Source: an uncultured archaeon (GTDB lineage: Archaea; Asgardarchaeota; Lokiarchaeia; Sigyniarchaeales; SOKP01). From it: a stretch of DNA of 29,259 nucleotides. A program made the position numbers and the translations under genes. Shown piece after piece: positions 1 through 10,171 of the stretch (its first letter is position 1; every line of letters starts with the position of its first letter). A model generated the notes under the pieces. The model had not been told where the DNA came from. It saw only the letters and a program-made list of their open reading frames with translations, and did not search any database. The DNA is taken from the NCBI GenBank assembly GCA_964493715.1, contig CAZBPC010000037.1:1-29259 (forward strand), in the 5' to 3' direction.

Positions 1-10
1 ATTTATTTTA

Positions 11-68
11 TTTAAATTCATCGTAATAAATTCGGTTATTTTAAATTCTATCATATTTTATTCGGTTA
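11..68. repeat. Imperfect tandem direct repeat, 2 copies of ~30 bp
   Basis: TTTAAATTC at 11-19 and 40-48; TTCGGTTA at 31-38 and 61-68; non-coding AT-rich region. Confidence 0.4.
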
Positions 69-214
69 AAAGGTTTTAGAAGGAATTTAATTTATATGGT
101 TATGAAAAAAATCGTTGTCTTATAATTTTTTATTGATTATGCTTAAGAGTTTTATTTGATGCTAAAATGTTGTTTTCATCAGAAAAATAACGAAGGTTAA
201 AGGTAAATAAAAGA

Positions 215-1051
215 TTATGAGTTCTTTTCCAACTTTTTCATTTCTTTAGTAACTTTGCGAAACCCTCTTATAAGTTTTGTAAGTTTAAAACCTTTAATTA
301 GAGTCCCATTTTTCTTAATGGATGGTAAGGCAAAAGGAATTACATTTAAGCAACTTTCCTCTATATCTGTCATGACATTTTTTCGGATTATTTCATATTC
401 ACGATCATATGTTGCCCTATCTTTCCACTCTTCAGGAATTTGAACGTTCGCAGCTAGATTTGTATCAATCATTCCAGGAAAGAAGATATTGATCTTGAGG
501 TCATCATCACTTTGCTTAAATTCCTTAGCCAAACATTTGGAAAATGCAAGAACCCCACCTTTTGATGCGGAGTATATAGTCATGTGTTCTAGTGGTCTAT
601 CAGCGCCACCACCAGCAAGAGTGATAATCCTTCCGTAACCTTGTTTTTTCATTTGTGGTAAGACTGCAGCAATTGAATCTATTAATCCAATTAAATTGGT
701 CCCAATAACTGCATTAGCAACAGAATCTACCTTTTCTAAAGTAAAATATTCAAATGGACCGTAGGTGAGATTAAAACCAGCGCTAGCAACTAAAATACGA
801 ATCGAACCAAATGAGTCAATAGTTTTAGCAACTAAAGCCTTTAATGCCGCTGGATCAGAAACATCGCAAACTAATCCGATTACAGAATCTCCAAATTCTT
901 TCTTAAATTCAGCGAGAGTCTGGTTGACTTTTTCTTCATTTCTTGAACAAATAGCGACTCTAGCACCTTCTCTAAGGAATAATTCGGCGATTTTTTTCCC
1001 AATTCCACTAGTGGATCCGGTCACTATTGCTGTTTCATTTTTCATATTCAT
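215..1051 (-). CDS. Short-chain dehydrogenase/reductase (classical SDR, probably NADP-preferring)
   Basis: TGSTSGIG Rossmann motif, CSR after beta2, CDVSD, catalytic YSASK, PGMIDT. Confidence 0.93.
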   Translation of the reverse strand: MNMKNETAIVTGSTSGIGKKIAELFLREGARVAICSRNEEKVNQTLAEFKKEFGDSVIGLVCDVSDPAALKALVAKTIDSFGSIRILVASAGFNLTYGPFEYFTLEKVDSVANAVIGTNLIGLIDSIAAVLPQMKKQGYGRIITLAGGGADRPLEHMTIYSASKGGVLAFSKCLAKEFKQSDDDLKINIFFPGMIDTNLAANVQIPEEWKDRATYDREYEIIRKNVMTDIEESCLNVIPFALPSIKKNGTLIKGFKLTKLIRGFRKVTKEMKKLEKNS

Positions 1052-1126
1052 CGGAAATTTACCATTTTTTTTGTTAGTTATTTTATAATATTTTAAAAAT
1101 AAGAATATTAAAAGAAATGAAGGTGA

Positions 1127-1444
1127 TTATTTTGCTTTTATCATTATTAGCATCATTTTGAACTTTTCAAGGGCTTTAAGAGCATGTGGGTCATTTGCAG
1201 GCATAATGAGCATTTGACCTTTTTCAACAATATGATCTATTTTTGAAATGGTTATTTTTGCTTTTCCATCAAACACGTAAACTAAAGCATCGAAAGGTGT
1301 TGAATGTTCACTCAATCCTTCATCCTTATCAAAAGAGAATAAGGTAACAGTACCCTCATTTTTATTAATTAGCGCTCTACTGACAACAGAGCCTTCTTGG
1401 TAATCTAACATTTCATTCAGATTTGTTACTTCTACATTTTTCAT
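1127..1444 (-). CDS. Cupin domain protein
   Basis: ~105 aa with LSEHSTPFDALVYVFDG and MPANDPHAL cupin motifs; ATG at 1444 preferred over TTG at 1453. Confidence 0.88.
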   Translation of the reverse strand: MKNVEVTNLNEMLDYQEGSVVSRALINKNEGTVTLFSFDKDEGLSEHSTPFDALVYVFDGKAKITISKIDHIVEKGQMLIMPANDPHALKALEKFKMMLIMIKAK

Positions 1445-1539
1445 GATTTTCAATTCAATATTGGTATTTTATAATTTAGTAATATTTCAAGTTGATTTTA
1501 AACATTGACCCGAACATGTTATAAATTTAAAAAAAAAGA

Positions 1540-2760
1540 TTAATCCAAGACTTCAGATACTTTTTTTTTCTCTTCAAAAATGGCGACTGCTTGCTTCATA
1601 AACTTCGGAATATCTATTTGTTGTGGACATTTATCCAAGCACTCCCCACATTCAATACATAGAAGAGCTGAGCCATCTGCCTCTGCTCCTTTAGATTTCA
1701 TCTCTTCTAAATCTTCTTGAGTTTTTGCCATTCTATTATAAAAGAAGCCAATACGTTGTATTCCTTGTTCACCCCAATATCCTACTTCATTCATGACGTA
1801 GAGCACATTCTTAATTGAAACTCCATTAGGACAAGGCATGCAATATCCACAACTTGTACAAGGAATCAGATGATATTTTTCAAATGCTTGCTGTAAATTC
1901 TGAATAATTTTCAACTCATCGTTCGTTAATGAGTTAATTCCTGAATTGTCAGCTGAATGAACATTCTCCTTGACTTGTTGTAAATTAGTCATACCACTTA
2001 GCACGACCGAAACTTCAGGCCTATTCCACAGAAATTGTAAACCCCAATCAGCCATTGATCTCTTTATTTTACTATCATCTAATACTTTCTTGATTTCTGG
2101 TAAATTGTTTAATTTATCTTTTGGAACCGTCAATTTTCCTCCTCTTAAAGGTTCCATAATAATTACTGCGATCCCCTTTTTGCTTGCATATTCTAATCCT
2201 TCTAATCCTGCTTGATATTTCACATCAGTATAATTTAATTGTATCTGGCAGCAGTCCCAATTATAATAATCGATAATCTCTTTAAAAACATCAATACTAT
2301 CATGAAATGAAAATCCTATGTATCTAATCAATCCGTTGGCTCTTGTTTCTTCCATTTTTGTTATTAAGTCTAATTTTTTCACTTTTTCAAAACGATCTTT
2401 ATTTAATCCGTGAAATAAATAAATATCTGGAGTAGTTTGTAATCGTTCTATTTGTTCACTTAGTATCAAATTGAAGTCACTAGTCTCTGTAAACATCCAA
2501 ATTGGAAGTTTTGTCGTAAGAGTTACTCTTTCGCGATACCCCTCTTTTAATGCCTTTCCTACGACAACTTCGCTTTTTCCATCATGGTAGGGATAAGCGG
2601 TATCAACATAATTAACACCATTATCAATGGCATAACGGATCATCTCAATCGCTTCTTTTTCATTCACTTCCCTAGTTTCTTTGTCTATCGGTAATCGCAT
2701 AGCACCAAATCCAAGTGCTGATACGTCCCACCCAAGAGAGCCCATTTTTCTATATTTCAT
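1540..2760 (-). CDS. Aldo/keto reductase with C-terminal 4Fe-4S dicluster
   Basis: LGFGAMRLP, YVDTAYPYH, TKLP, IGFSFH, MEPLRGG; C-terminal CTSCGYCMPCP and CIECGECLDKCP. Confidence 0.93.
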   Translation of the reverse strand: MKYRKMGSLGWDVSALGFGAMRLPIDKETREVNEKEAIEMIRYAIDNGVNYVDTAYPYHDGKSEVVVGKALKEGYRERVTLTTKLPIWMFTETSDFNLILSEQIERLQTTPDIYLFHGLNKDRFEKVKKLDLITKMEETRANGLIRYIGFSFHDSIDVFKEIIDYYNWDCCQIQLNYTDVKYQAGLEGLEYASKKGIAVIIMEPLRGGKLTVPKDKLNNLPEIKKVLDDSKIKRSMADWGLQFLWNRPEVSVVLSGMTNLQQVKENVHSADNSGINSLTNDELKIIQNLQQAFEKYHLIPCTSCGYCMPCPNGVSIKNVLYVMNEVGYWGEQGIQRIGFFYNRMAKTQEDLEEMKSKGAEADGSALLCIECGECLDKCPQQIDIPKFMKQAVAIFEEKKKVSEVLD

Positions 2761-2820
2761 TATAATTATCTCATTACTTTTCTATAATGAATAGATTTGG
2801 TAAAGATATGAATGTTATGG

Positions 2821-3345
2821 TTATTTTTTGCTTGTTTTTAATGGATCATAAGCTTTGAAATTAGGAATCCAACCATTGACTTGGTTTTTATAATGGATGT
2901 ATTCTTCACCGAATCTGCTTAATGCTCCTTTTTCTTCTACTAATGGGACATATATGAGATTTAAAATGAAGAAAATAAGGGCACAAAAAATAGTGCTTAA
3001 AGAATTGAATATTAAACCTTCACCCAATACTGTTAGAATTACACCCATTATCATGGGATTTCTAACGTACTTATAGGGTCCGACAACCACTAGGTGTTGG
3101 GTGTGAATTTTTGATAATGGCATGAGGGTTCCTTTTCCCTTTTTATAGAAAATTGAAATACAAGTAATAAGCAAATATAAACCGAAAATGGTTATAAAAA
3201 ATCCCATAATTAAATAATACATATTAGAATTTAACATGATATAGTGATTACTCCTCTTTGTTAATAAATTTATTAAAAAAGGAATAACGATAATAACACC
3301 TATAGGAAGAACTAACGAAAAAATAACATATTTAAAATTAACCAT
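2821..3345 (-). CDS. Isoprenylcysteine carboxyl methyltransferase (ICMT/PEMT) family membrane protein
   Basis: Hydrophobic TM segments; LVVVGPYKYVRNPM and EEKGALSRFGEEYIHYKNQVNGWIP signatures. Confidence 0.88.
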   Translation of the reverse strand: MVNFKYVIFSLVLPIGVIIVIPFLINLLTKRSNHYIMLNSNMYYLIMGFFITIFGLYLLITCISIFYKKGKGTLMPLSKIHTQHLVVVGPYKYVRNPMIMGVILTVLGEGLIFNSLSTIFCALIFFILNLIYVPLVEEKGALSRFGEEYIHYKNQVNGWIPNFKAYDPLKTSKK

Positions 3346-3348
3346 TCT

Positions 3349-4608
3349 TTAATCTCCAAAATTCTTATTTTTATATTTTTCAATTCTCTTCCATTTGACT
3401 TTCCTTGAGAGAAATATGAGATAAATTGAAATAACTATTCCAAAAAACACCACAAACGTAAAAATCAAATAAATATCTACTTCAGCAAGGTACCCCGCAA
3501 ATATCGGAGTCAAGCCAAATCCAATACCAGTTATAATTTCGTTAATCATCGAATATTTCGTGGTATTTTTCGTCGTTCCATAATCAAGCATTATTTTCAT
3601 TGCCACCCCATGAATTAAGCCGAAAAATAGTCCAGCAACCAAGCTGATTATGGTGATAAAGATGATGTCTCTAATGATAAGGATTGAAAAAGCAATTATA
3701 GAAATTATTGTAGTGCTTAGTAATAGAGATATTTTTCTTTTAGACGGCTTCATTGAATTAATCCATATCAATCCTGATACTTGTCCTAACTGGATTCCTG
3801 CTTGGACCAAGTAGGTTAAGTCAGATAAATTAGTATCAAAAGTTTTGATGAAAATTGGGTAGCTAAATATTATAGTAGATTTTGAGATAGATAATATCAC
3901 TAACCCTAGCCAAGAAAAAATAATTGGAAAAGCCATCATCATTGTTTTAACTCTCGAATCTTGGTCTACCATCACTGGAGGGAGCTTCTCTACCACTTGG
4001 TCTAAAGGAGGTTCTGACTTTTCTGCAAATTTAGGTTCTTTAAGAAACAACGTAAAGGGAATTAGTAGAAATGATAAACTGAATGATATTATCATTGCAA
4101 TATAATCATCCCATAGAAAAGCCCATAAATATCCAGTGAGTAGCCCGCCGATAAATCCTAAATTCCATGAAAGATTAAAAAAATTAAGATTTTTTTTTGT
4201 ACGTTCAGTTGTGCTAATTAATTGCCATTTATTAAGAAGATTGAAACAATTCGTCCAAACTAACCCTGTTACTAAACCCAGAATCACTTTACAAGATATT
4301 AAATACCATGGTTCAAAAAAAATCAACTGAGCTCCAGTTAATAAAGGAGTTAATACCGCTGAAATGATGAGAGCATTACTAATTCCTACTTTTTTCGTAA
4401 TTTGCTGACCTAAAAGAGGAGCAAATATATATGCTATGGATCCAGCCGATGATATAATTCCTAATGTGCCTGTATCTATATTTATAGCAAAATAGAGATA
4501 ATTTTGTAAAGCCCTTTCAAATATTGAGATATAGAATAACCTGATGAATGAAACCATAAATAATGGCCATGCTCGGTAATTAATATTCTCATTACTACAC
4601 AAGTTCAT
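3349..4608 (-). CDS. MFS transporter
   Basis: 419 aa, about 12 hydrophobic segments in two halves with a central hydrophilic loop; GFGLTPIFAGYL in the late TM region; 3 bp upstream of the ICMT gene. Confidence 0.8.
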   Translation of the reverse strand: MNLCSNENINYRAWPLFMVSFIRLFYISIFERALQNYLYFAINIDTGTLGIISSAGSIAYIFAPLLGQQITKKVGISNALIISAVLTPLLTGAQLIFFEPWYLISCKVILGLVTGLVWTNCFNLLNKWQLISTTERTKKNLNFFNLSWNLGFIGGLLTGYLWAFLWDDYIAMIISFSLSFLLIPFTLFLKEPKFAEKSEPPLDQVVEKLPPVMVDQDSRVKTMMMAFPIIFSWLGLVILSISKSTIIFSYPIFIKTFDTNLSDLTYLVQAGIQLGQVSGLIWINSMKPSKRKISLLLSTTIISIIAFSILIIRDIIFITIISLVAGLFFGLIHGVAMKIMLDYGTTKNTTKYSMINEIITGIGFGLTPIFAGYLAEVDIYLIFTFVVFFGIVISIYLIFLSRKVKWKRIEKYKNKNFGD

Positions 4609-4735
4609 CAGAAATTATGATTAAATTTGATGAAATAGTAAATTTCACCTATTTCAAATATTTTCCCATTTTATGAAATCACTCGCTTTCCATTAGTTTA
4701 AGATTTAGTAATAAAAAAATAGTAAAAAAAAAGAA

Positions 4736-5632
4736 TTAGGAATTTTTATTAATAAAATTTATTATTGCTTTCGCTACTTCTGGACCTCTATCTTCTTGCA
4801 GAAAATGTCCTGCACCTTTAATAGTAATGTGATTTTGATTCTGAGCCCCCGGAACTATTTCTTGCCAAAATTTATCTCCCCCTTTAGTTATTGGGTCTGA
4901 ATCAGAGAAAGCAGTTAAAAAAGGTTTTTTCCATTGTTTGAACATTTCAATTGCATTTTTATTTGCTTCAGTTTCTGGGTCATCAGGGCTTATTGGGACT
5001 AATGAGGGCAAAATTCGAGCTCCAGCCTTATAGGAATCATCTGGAAAAGGAGCCTCATATCCCTTAAGAATATCTCTCGATAATTTCGTAGTCGTGCCAC
5101 CTTGAATTATAAATGGAATACTGAAATCATTTGCAGTTCTTGAAAACTCCCTCCAATTTGTATATGCGTCACTCATTTTCTGTTCTCCAGTTGGTAACCC
5201 ACCATTCGATAAAATTATTCTCTTAAACCGATCTTGGTTTTCTATAGCCATTCTCAAACCGATAAGAGATCCCCAATCTTGACAAAATAGAGTGATATTT
5301 TTAAGATCTAAAGCTAGCAGCCATTTTGTCATCCAATCAACGTGCTTTCGATATGTATGATCAATTTGTTCTGTTGGCTTATCAGATCGTCCAAATCCTA
5401 CTAGATCTGGAACGATAACTCTAAACCCAGCTTCTATTAAAAGAGGAATCATATGTCTATATAAAAAAGCCCAAGATGGTTCTCCATGCATTAATAATAT
5501 CACTTCTGAATCATTATGCCCCTCATCTAAGTAGTGAATTCTAATCCCATCAACTTCTTGAAACTTTGGTGCATAAGGAAAATTAATGAGATCATTAAAT
5601 CTATCATTAGGTGTCCGTAAAATTTTCATCAT
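4736..5632 (-). CDS. Haloalkane dehalogenase (alpha/beta hydrolase, HLD-I-like)
   Basis: LRTP..RF N-terminus, HGEPSW, PDLVGFGRSDKP, nucleophile QDWG, acid SDSDP, GAGHFLQED. Confidence 0.9.
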   Translation of the reverse strand: MMKILRTPNDRFNDLINFPYAPKFQEVDGIRIHYLDEGHNDSEVILLMHGEPSWAFLYRHMIPLLIEAGFRVIVPDLVGFGRSDKPTEQIDHTYRKHVDWMTKWLLALDLKNITLFCQDWGSLIGLRMAIENQDRFKRIILSNGGLPTGEQKMSDAYTNWREFSRTANDFSIPFIIQGGTTTKLSRDILKGYEAPFPDDSYKAGARILPSLVPISPDDPETEANKNAIEMFKQWKKPFLTAFSDSDPITKGGDKFWQEIVPGAQNQNHITIKGAGHFLQEDRGPEVAKAIINFINKNS

Positions 5633-5667
5633 GACATCATTTTTTCTTTTGATTATAATTAAGAAGG

Positions 5668-5695
5668 ATTAGGATTTAAAAGCTTCAATCCTAAT
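5668..5695. promoter_or_regulatory. Inverted repeat in divergent promoter region (candidate operator)
   Basis: ATTAGGATT-N10-AATCCTAAT, perfect 9-bp arms, between the dehalogenase and the FAD operon. Confidence 0.5.
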
Positions 5696-5697
5696 TG

Positions 5698-5736
5698 AAA
5701 TATCTTTATTACTAAATTTAACAAAATATCTTTATT
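5698..5736 (+). promoter_or_regulatory. 13-bp direct repeat (tandem BRE/TATA-like elements or regulator sites)
   Basis: AAATATCTTTATT at 5698-5710 and 5724-5736, upstream of ATG 5783. Confidence 0.45.
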
Positions 5737-5782
5737 GCTTAAAAAATGTATTAAGTTATTATTATTATTATAGGGATATTCT

Positions 5783-7252
5783 ATGGATAACCAAATAGAT
5801 ACTTTAGTTCATTCTTTATCAAAAATTTGTGGATCTAAAAATATTTCAATAGATCCACGTATTTTAAAGCAATATTCAAGCGATATGAGTTTTTTTAAAG
5901 GAAAAAGTCCTAAATTAATAGTTTGGCCTTCAAAGACTCAAGATGTAATTAAAATTATAACACTTGCTAATCAAATGGAATTTTCAATAGTTCCAGTTAG
6001 CTCAAGCTCAAAAGATAGACACCATGGAGATACTGTTCCTAGGACGGATAATTGTATCATTATGGACTTTACTAAAATGGATAAGATACTTTCCATTGAT
6101 AAGAAGAACCGTGTCGTCATGATTGAGCCCGGAGTTACATTTGAAACCTTGATACCCAAATTACGCCAAAGTGGGTTAAGACTATTACTCCCTTTATATC
6201 CAACTGGAACAAAATCAGTGCTCACAAGTGTTCTTGAACGAGAGCCCATCATGATTCCACGTTATCACTGGGATACTTCTGATCCCTTATTATGTACAGA
6301 AGTTGTATTTGGAACAGGTGATTTGTTTAGAACTGGAACTGCAGCAGGACCAGGAACTCTTTCTCAACAAAAGAAAGTGGGTCAGGCTCAAGTGAACCCC
6401 ATGGGACCCACCCAATTTAGCCCCTATAGAGTGATACAAGGAGCACAAGGAAGTTTAGGAATTGTTACATGGGCTACTATGAAATTAGAATTTCTTCCTT
6501 CAGAACAAAAAGTCTTCCATTATCATTCAAATAATATTGAAGAATTATTAGAATTTCAACAAAAGCTTGCAAATTATAGATTATGTGATGAAACATTCAT
6601 TTTAAATAATCTAAATTTGGCTAGTTTGGTCAAAAAATCAAAGGAACAAATAGAGAATTTAGCTAACTCCATCTTAAAATGGAATTTAATCTATATTTTA
6701 TCGGGTAGAGGAAAGTTAACAAATGATAAATTAGATTATCTCGAGGGTGATATCAGTGACCTCATGAGAGATTCTAATTTTACAAATCTTGAAAGATCTA
6801 ATCTAATTGACAAAAAGGAGATATTAGAATGTACTAATAATTATAGTGCCGAACCATGGAAGACAAGATATAAGGGCAGTTATCAAGATATCTTCTTTAT
6901 CAGTAATTTTGAAAATATCTCTAAATATATCAAAAAAGTAGAATTGAAGCACCCAGGAAATTTGGGTATTTATATTCAACCAATTAATCAAGGTACTTCA
7001 TATCATTGTGAATTTGATTTATTTTATGATTCAAAAAATGAAGTAGAAACAAGGGATCTTCAAGGAATATTTAATGAAATCAGTATTGAACTAATGGATA
7101 ATGGGGCGTTCTTTAATCGCCCATATGGCTATTGGGCAAAAGAGGTATATGCAAGGCATATCGATCAAACATCTATTGCCTTGAGAAAGGTAAAAGATAT
7201 TTTTGATCCAAAAAACGTCTTAAATCCAGGAGTTCTTTGTTTTGATGAATAA
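5783..7252 (+). CDS. FAD-binding oxidoreductase, VAO/PCMH (GlcD-like) family, subunit A
   Basis: P..IVWP, IEPGVT, EVVFGTG, GAQGSLGIVT, C-terminal KVKDIFDPKNVLNPG. Confidence 0.88.
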   Translation: MDNQIDTLVHSLSKICGSKNISIDPRILKQYSSDMSFFKGKSPKLIVWPSKTQDVIKIITLANQMEFSIVPVSSSSKDRHHGDTVPRTDNCIIMDFTKMDKILSIDKKNRVVMIEPGVTFETLIPKLRQSGLRLLLPLYPTGTKSVLTSVLEREPIMIPRYHWDTSDPLLCTEVVFGTGDLFRTGTAAGPGTLSQQKKVGQAQVNPMGPTQFSPYRVIQGAQGSLGIVTWATMKLEFLPSEQKVFHYHSNNIEELLEFQQKLANYRLCDETFILNNLNLASLVKKSKEQIENLANSILKWNLIYILSGRGKLTNDKLDYLEGDISDLMRDSNFTNLERSNLIDKKEILECTNNYSAEPWKTRYKGSYQDIFFISNFENISKYIKKVELKHPGNLGIYIQPINQGTSYHCEFDLFYDSKNEVETRDLQGIFNEISIELMDNGAFFNRPYGYWAKEVYARHIDQTSIALRKVKDIFDPKNVLNPGVLCFDE

Positions 7253-7261
7253 TAGGTGATT

Positions 7262-8575
7262 ATGATGCAGCTAAATGAAGAAGAATATCAAACAATGATA
7301 AAACGCTGTTTAAGATGCTCAATTTGCAAATGGATTCCTCAAGTTCAAATTAAAAGTCAGAAATATGCAACAGCTTGCCCTGCAATTGATCTTTATAATT
7401 TCCATCCTTATAGTGGAGGGGGAAAGATAATTTTAGCATTAGCATTAGAGATGGGTAGGATTAAGCCTTCTAAGGATTTGCGGGATATTGTATATAAATG
7501 CACTGAATGTGGAAACTGTGCTATTGCTTGTAAATTCCTAGGTACATTGGAGCCTCTAGAAATAATAATGAGGCTAAGGGAAAAATTAGTTAAAGCTGGA
7601 TGCGGTCCAATGCCAGCACAAGAAGAGTATATAAAAGCAGTTAGAGAATTTAATAATCCTTATAAAGAACCTCATGCTAATAGAACCGATTGGCTTCCTA
7701 AAGATATTAAAATTGATCACAGTGCTAAAGTGCTCTATTATATTGGATGCACCTCTTCCTATAGGAGAAAAGAAATGGCGATAGCTGCTGCAAGAATAAT
7801 GAATAAAGCAGGAATACCATTTAATATTCTACAGGATGAAGAATTTTGTTGTGGTAGTCCAATATTAAGAACTGGAGAACTTGATACATTTAAACAAGTG
7901 CTTAATAGAAATCTTGACGTTATTGAATCAAAAGATATAGAAACGATTGTATTTAGCTGTGCTGGATGTTATGATACTTTCAAGGTTGATTATCCCTTAT
8001 ATAGAAATTATAATTTTGAAGTACTTCATACTGTGGAATTTTTTGATAAATTGCTTGAAGATGGAAAGATAAAATTAACTGAAAAAATACCTATAAAAGT
8101 GACCTATCATGATCCTTGCCATTTGGGAAGGAATGCAGAGAGATATGAAGAGTGGGAAGGGGATGTGGTTCAAATACTGCCTTTGATCACCATAGATGTC
8201 CCTCCTAAACCTAAACGAACTGGAAAGCGTGGTATTTATGATGCCCCCCGGAATATCCTAAAAAGAATTCCGGGATTAACACTTGTAGAAATGGAGAGAA
8301 TCAGAGAATATGCTTATTGTTGTGGAGCTGGTGGAGGTGTTAAATCAGCTTTCCCAGAAATGGCGCTTAATACAGCAAAATTAAGAATAGAAGAAGCAGA
8401 AGATACGGGGGCAGAGGTAATAGTATCAGCATGCCCATTTTGTTCTACAAATTTAAAAGAAGGGATAGATTCGAGAGAATCTGACTTAAAATATTACGAT
8501 ATCAGTGAGTTAATGTTAATGGCTATGGGTTTAGAACCTGAAAAATTAAAATGGTTATTATCAGAGGTGGTTTAA
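7262..8575 (+). CDS. Fe-S oxidoreductase with two CCG domains (GlcF/GlpC/HdrD-like)
   Basis: CLRCSIC...CP and CTECGNCAIAC; GC...CCG...CAGC and HDPCHLGR...CCGAGGG...ACPFC; SD AGGTGA at 7254-7259 favours ATG 7262 or 7265. Confidence 0.92.
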   Translation: MMQLNEEEYQTMIKRCLRCSICKWIPQVQIKSQKYATACPAIDLYNFHPYSGGGKIILALALEMGRIKPSKDLRDIVYKCTECGNCAIACKFLGTLEPLEIIMRLREKLVKAGCGPMPAQEEYIKAVREFNNPYKEPHANRTDWLPKDIKIDHSAKVLYYIGCTSSYRRKEMAIAAARIMNKAGIPFNILQDEEFCCGSPILRTGELDTFKQVLNRNLDVIESKDIETIVFSCAGCYDTFKVDYPLYRNYNFEVLHTVEFFDKLLEDGKIKLTEKIPIKVTYHDPCHLGRNAERYEEWEGDVVQILPLITIDVPPKPKRTGKRGIYDAPRNILKRIPGLTLVEMERIREYAYCCGAGGGVKSAFPEMALNTAKLRIEEAEDTGAEVIVSACPFCSTNLKEGIDSRESDLKYYDISELMLMAMGLEPEKLKWLLSEVV

Positions 8576-8577
8576 TA

Positions 8578-10137
8578 ATGCTACAAAAACAAATATTAGA
8601 GGAATTTCAAAAAATAGTTGGTCTTGAAAATATTGATGATAGTGAAGTAATGACAAATGCATATTCATATAATTGGTGCATGGAATTTGTTAATTGCACC
8701 GAAGGTAAAGAACCCATCCCTTTTTCTTCGATTCCAAAAGCAGTATTATTACCATCAAACACAGAAGAGGTGCAACAAATTGTTAGACTATGTAATAAAT
8801 ATAATATTCAATTTAAAGCTCAATCTACAGGTCTTGGCCCATGGAATCAACCATCATCAGAGAATTGTGTTATAATCGATTTAAGGAGAATGAACAAGAT
8901 TATTAAAATTGATGATAGGTCTCTTTATGCCGTCGTAGAACCTTATGTAAGTGGAGCACAATTACAAGCAGAAACCATGAAATTTGGTTTGACGGTTCAC
9001 ATGCCTGGAGCAGGTCCTCAAGTATCTCCATTAGCTAGCGCTACAAGCATGAATGGTCCTGGATTCACTTCACCTCATACGGGGCATAGCGCACGAAATG
9101 TATTGGGTGTCGAATGGGTTTTACCTGATGGAGAAATTTTAAGATTAGGGTCTGCAGGAATGAAAAGTAACCCAGATTGGTACATCGGAGACGGTCCAGG
9201 TCCAAGTCTAAGAGGAATTATGCGTGGATGGGCAGGAGCAAAATCAGGTATCGGAGTATTCACAAAAGTTGCATTCAAACTGTTTCCATATCCTTGCAGT
9301 ACCAAATTTAAATTAAGTGGAAATTCACCCAATTATGAATTTGAAATCCCTGACTTCATGAAATTATATGTGATGGACTGTAAAAGCTATAATTATTTAG
9401 AAAATGTATTTTTGAAAATTGAAGAGGAGGAAATCTCTTTCATTTGCAGTCATCTTTCTGGTTATGGTTTAGGAGCTATATTTTCTAATAGTATTGAATC
9501 ATTGATGGATAAAATTCCAATAGCCGGAATGCAAGTGCCTTTAGTAGTTCTCATAGCCGCCAGAACTAAAAGAGAATTTGAATACAAACAAAAGGTCATG
9601 AGTAATATAATTGATGATTTTAAATTAGAAAATGTAATTGGAAGCAAGTATACCCCAAATTCTCTATTTTATGCCGAAGCACTACGTTCAAATTTAGGTC
9701 TTCATGGTTTTATCGCAACTGGAGGATTTCAATCATCGAAAGGACAATGTGATACAGTAAAAGTATGTTTAAAAACAACTAAAATGAGTATTCCCTTAAA
9801 AAAGAGATACATAAAAAAAGGTGTTATTGGAAATGATTTTGGAGAAGGAGTGTGGATAACTTCTTATGAATCGGGGCATTACTTCCATATCGAATCTCCT
9901 ACAATGTTTGATCAAACCGAGGAGAAAAGTGTTACTGGCATGGCTGAAAATATGGAAGAAAATTATCAGTTTGATTTACTTAAACACCTCGGAGCTCCCT
10001 TTTTTGTAGAAGGGGATAAAATGCATGATCTATTCGGTCCAGAAATGATGGATTATCATAAATGGCTAAGAAAAATAAAGAAAGCATTTGATCCAAATGG
10101 AATTGCCGATTCGGGATTCTATATTAACGCAAAATAG
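8578..10137 (+). CDS. FAD-binding oxidoreductase, VAO/PCMH (GlcD-like) family, subunit B
   Basis: PKAVLLP.NTEEVQQIVRLCN, STG, VEPYV, NVLGVEWVLPDG, GIGVFTK, KIKKAFDPNG; SD GAGGTG supports ATG 8578. Confidence 0.88.
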   Translation: MLQKQILEEFQKIVGLENIDDSEVMTNAYSYNWCMEFVNCTEGKEPIPFSSIPKAVLLPSNTEEVQQIVRLCNKYNIQFKAQSTGLGPWNQPSSENCVIIDLRRMNKIIKIDDRSLYAVVEPYVSGAQLQAETMKFGLTVHMPGAGPQVSPLASATSMNGPGFTSPHTGHSARNVLGVEWVLPDGEILRLGSAGMKSNPDWYIGDGPGPSLRGIMRGWAGAKSGIGVFTKVAFKLFPYPCSTKFKLSGNSPNYEFEIPDFMKLYVMDCKSYNYLENVFLKIEEEEISFICSHLSGYGLGAIFSNSIESLMDKIPIAGMQVPLVVLIAARTKREFEYKQKVMSNIIDDFKLENVIGSKYTPNSLFYAEALRSNLGLHGFIATGGFQSSKGQCDTVKVCLKTTKMSIPLKKRYIKKGVIGNDFGEGVWITSYESGHYFHIESPTMFDQTEEKSVTGMAENMEENYQFDLLKHLGAPFFVEGDKMHDLFGPEMMDYHKWLRKIKKAFDPNGIADSGFYINAK

Positions 10138-10171
10138 TAGAAATAATTATAATGTAAAGCGAGTGATATAA

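Noticed and set aside
5756-5771. (TTA)5 microsatellite upstream of the FAD operon
   Set aside because: Too short to be significant in an AT-rich intergenic region.
7262-8575. Heterodisulfide reductase HdrD / methanogenesis marker, or a selenoprotein
   Set aside because: Its position between two FAD oxidoreductases fits a GlcF-like subunit; there is no HdrE/HdrA partner and no in-frame TGA.
8551-8577. 25-bp overlap between the CCG gene and flavoprotein B
   Set aside because: Artefact of longest-ORF calling; a Shine-Dalgarno sequence supports ATG 8578.
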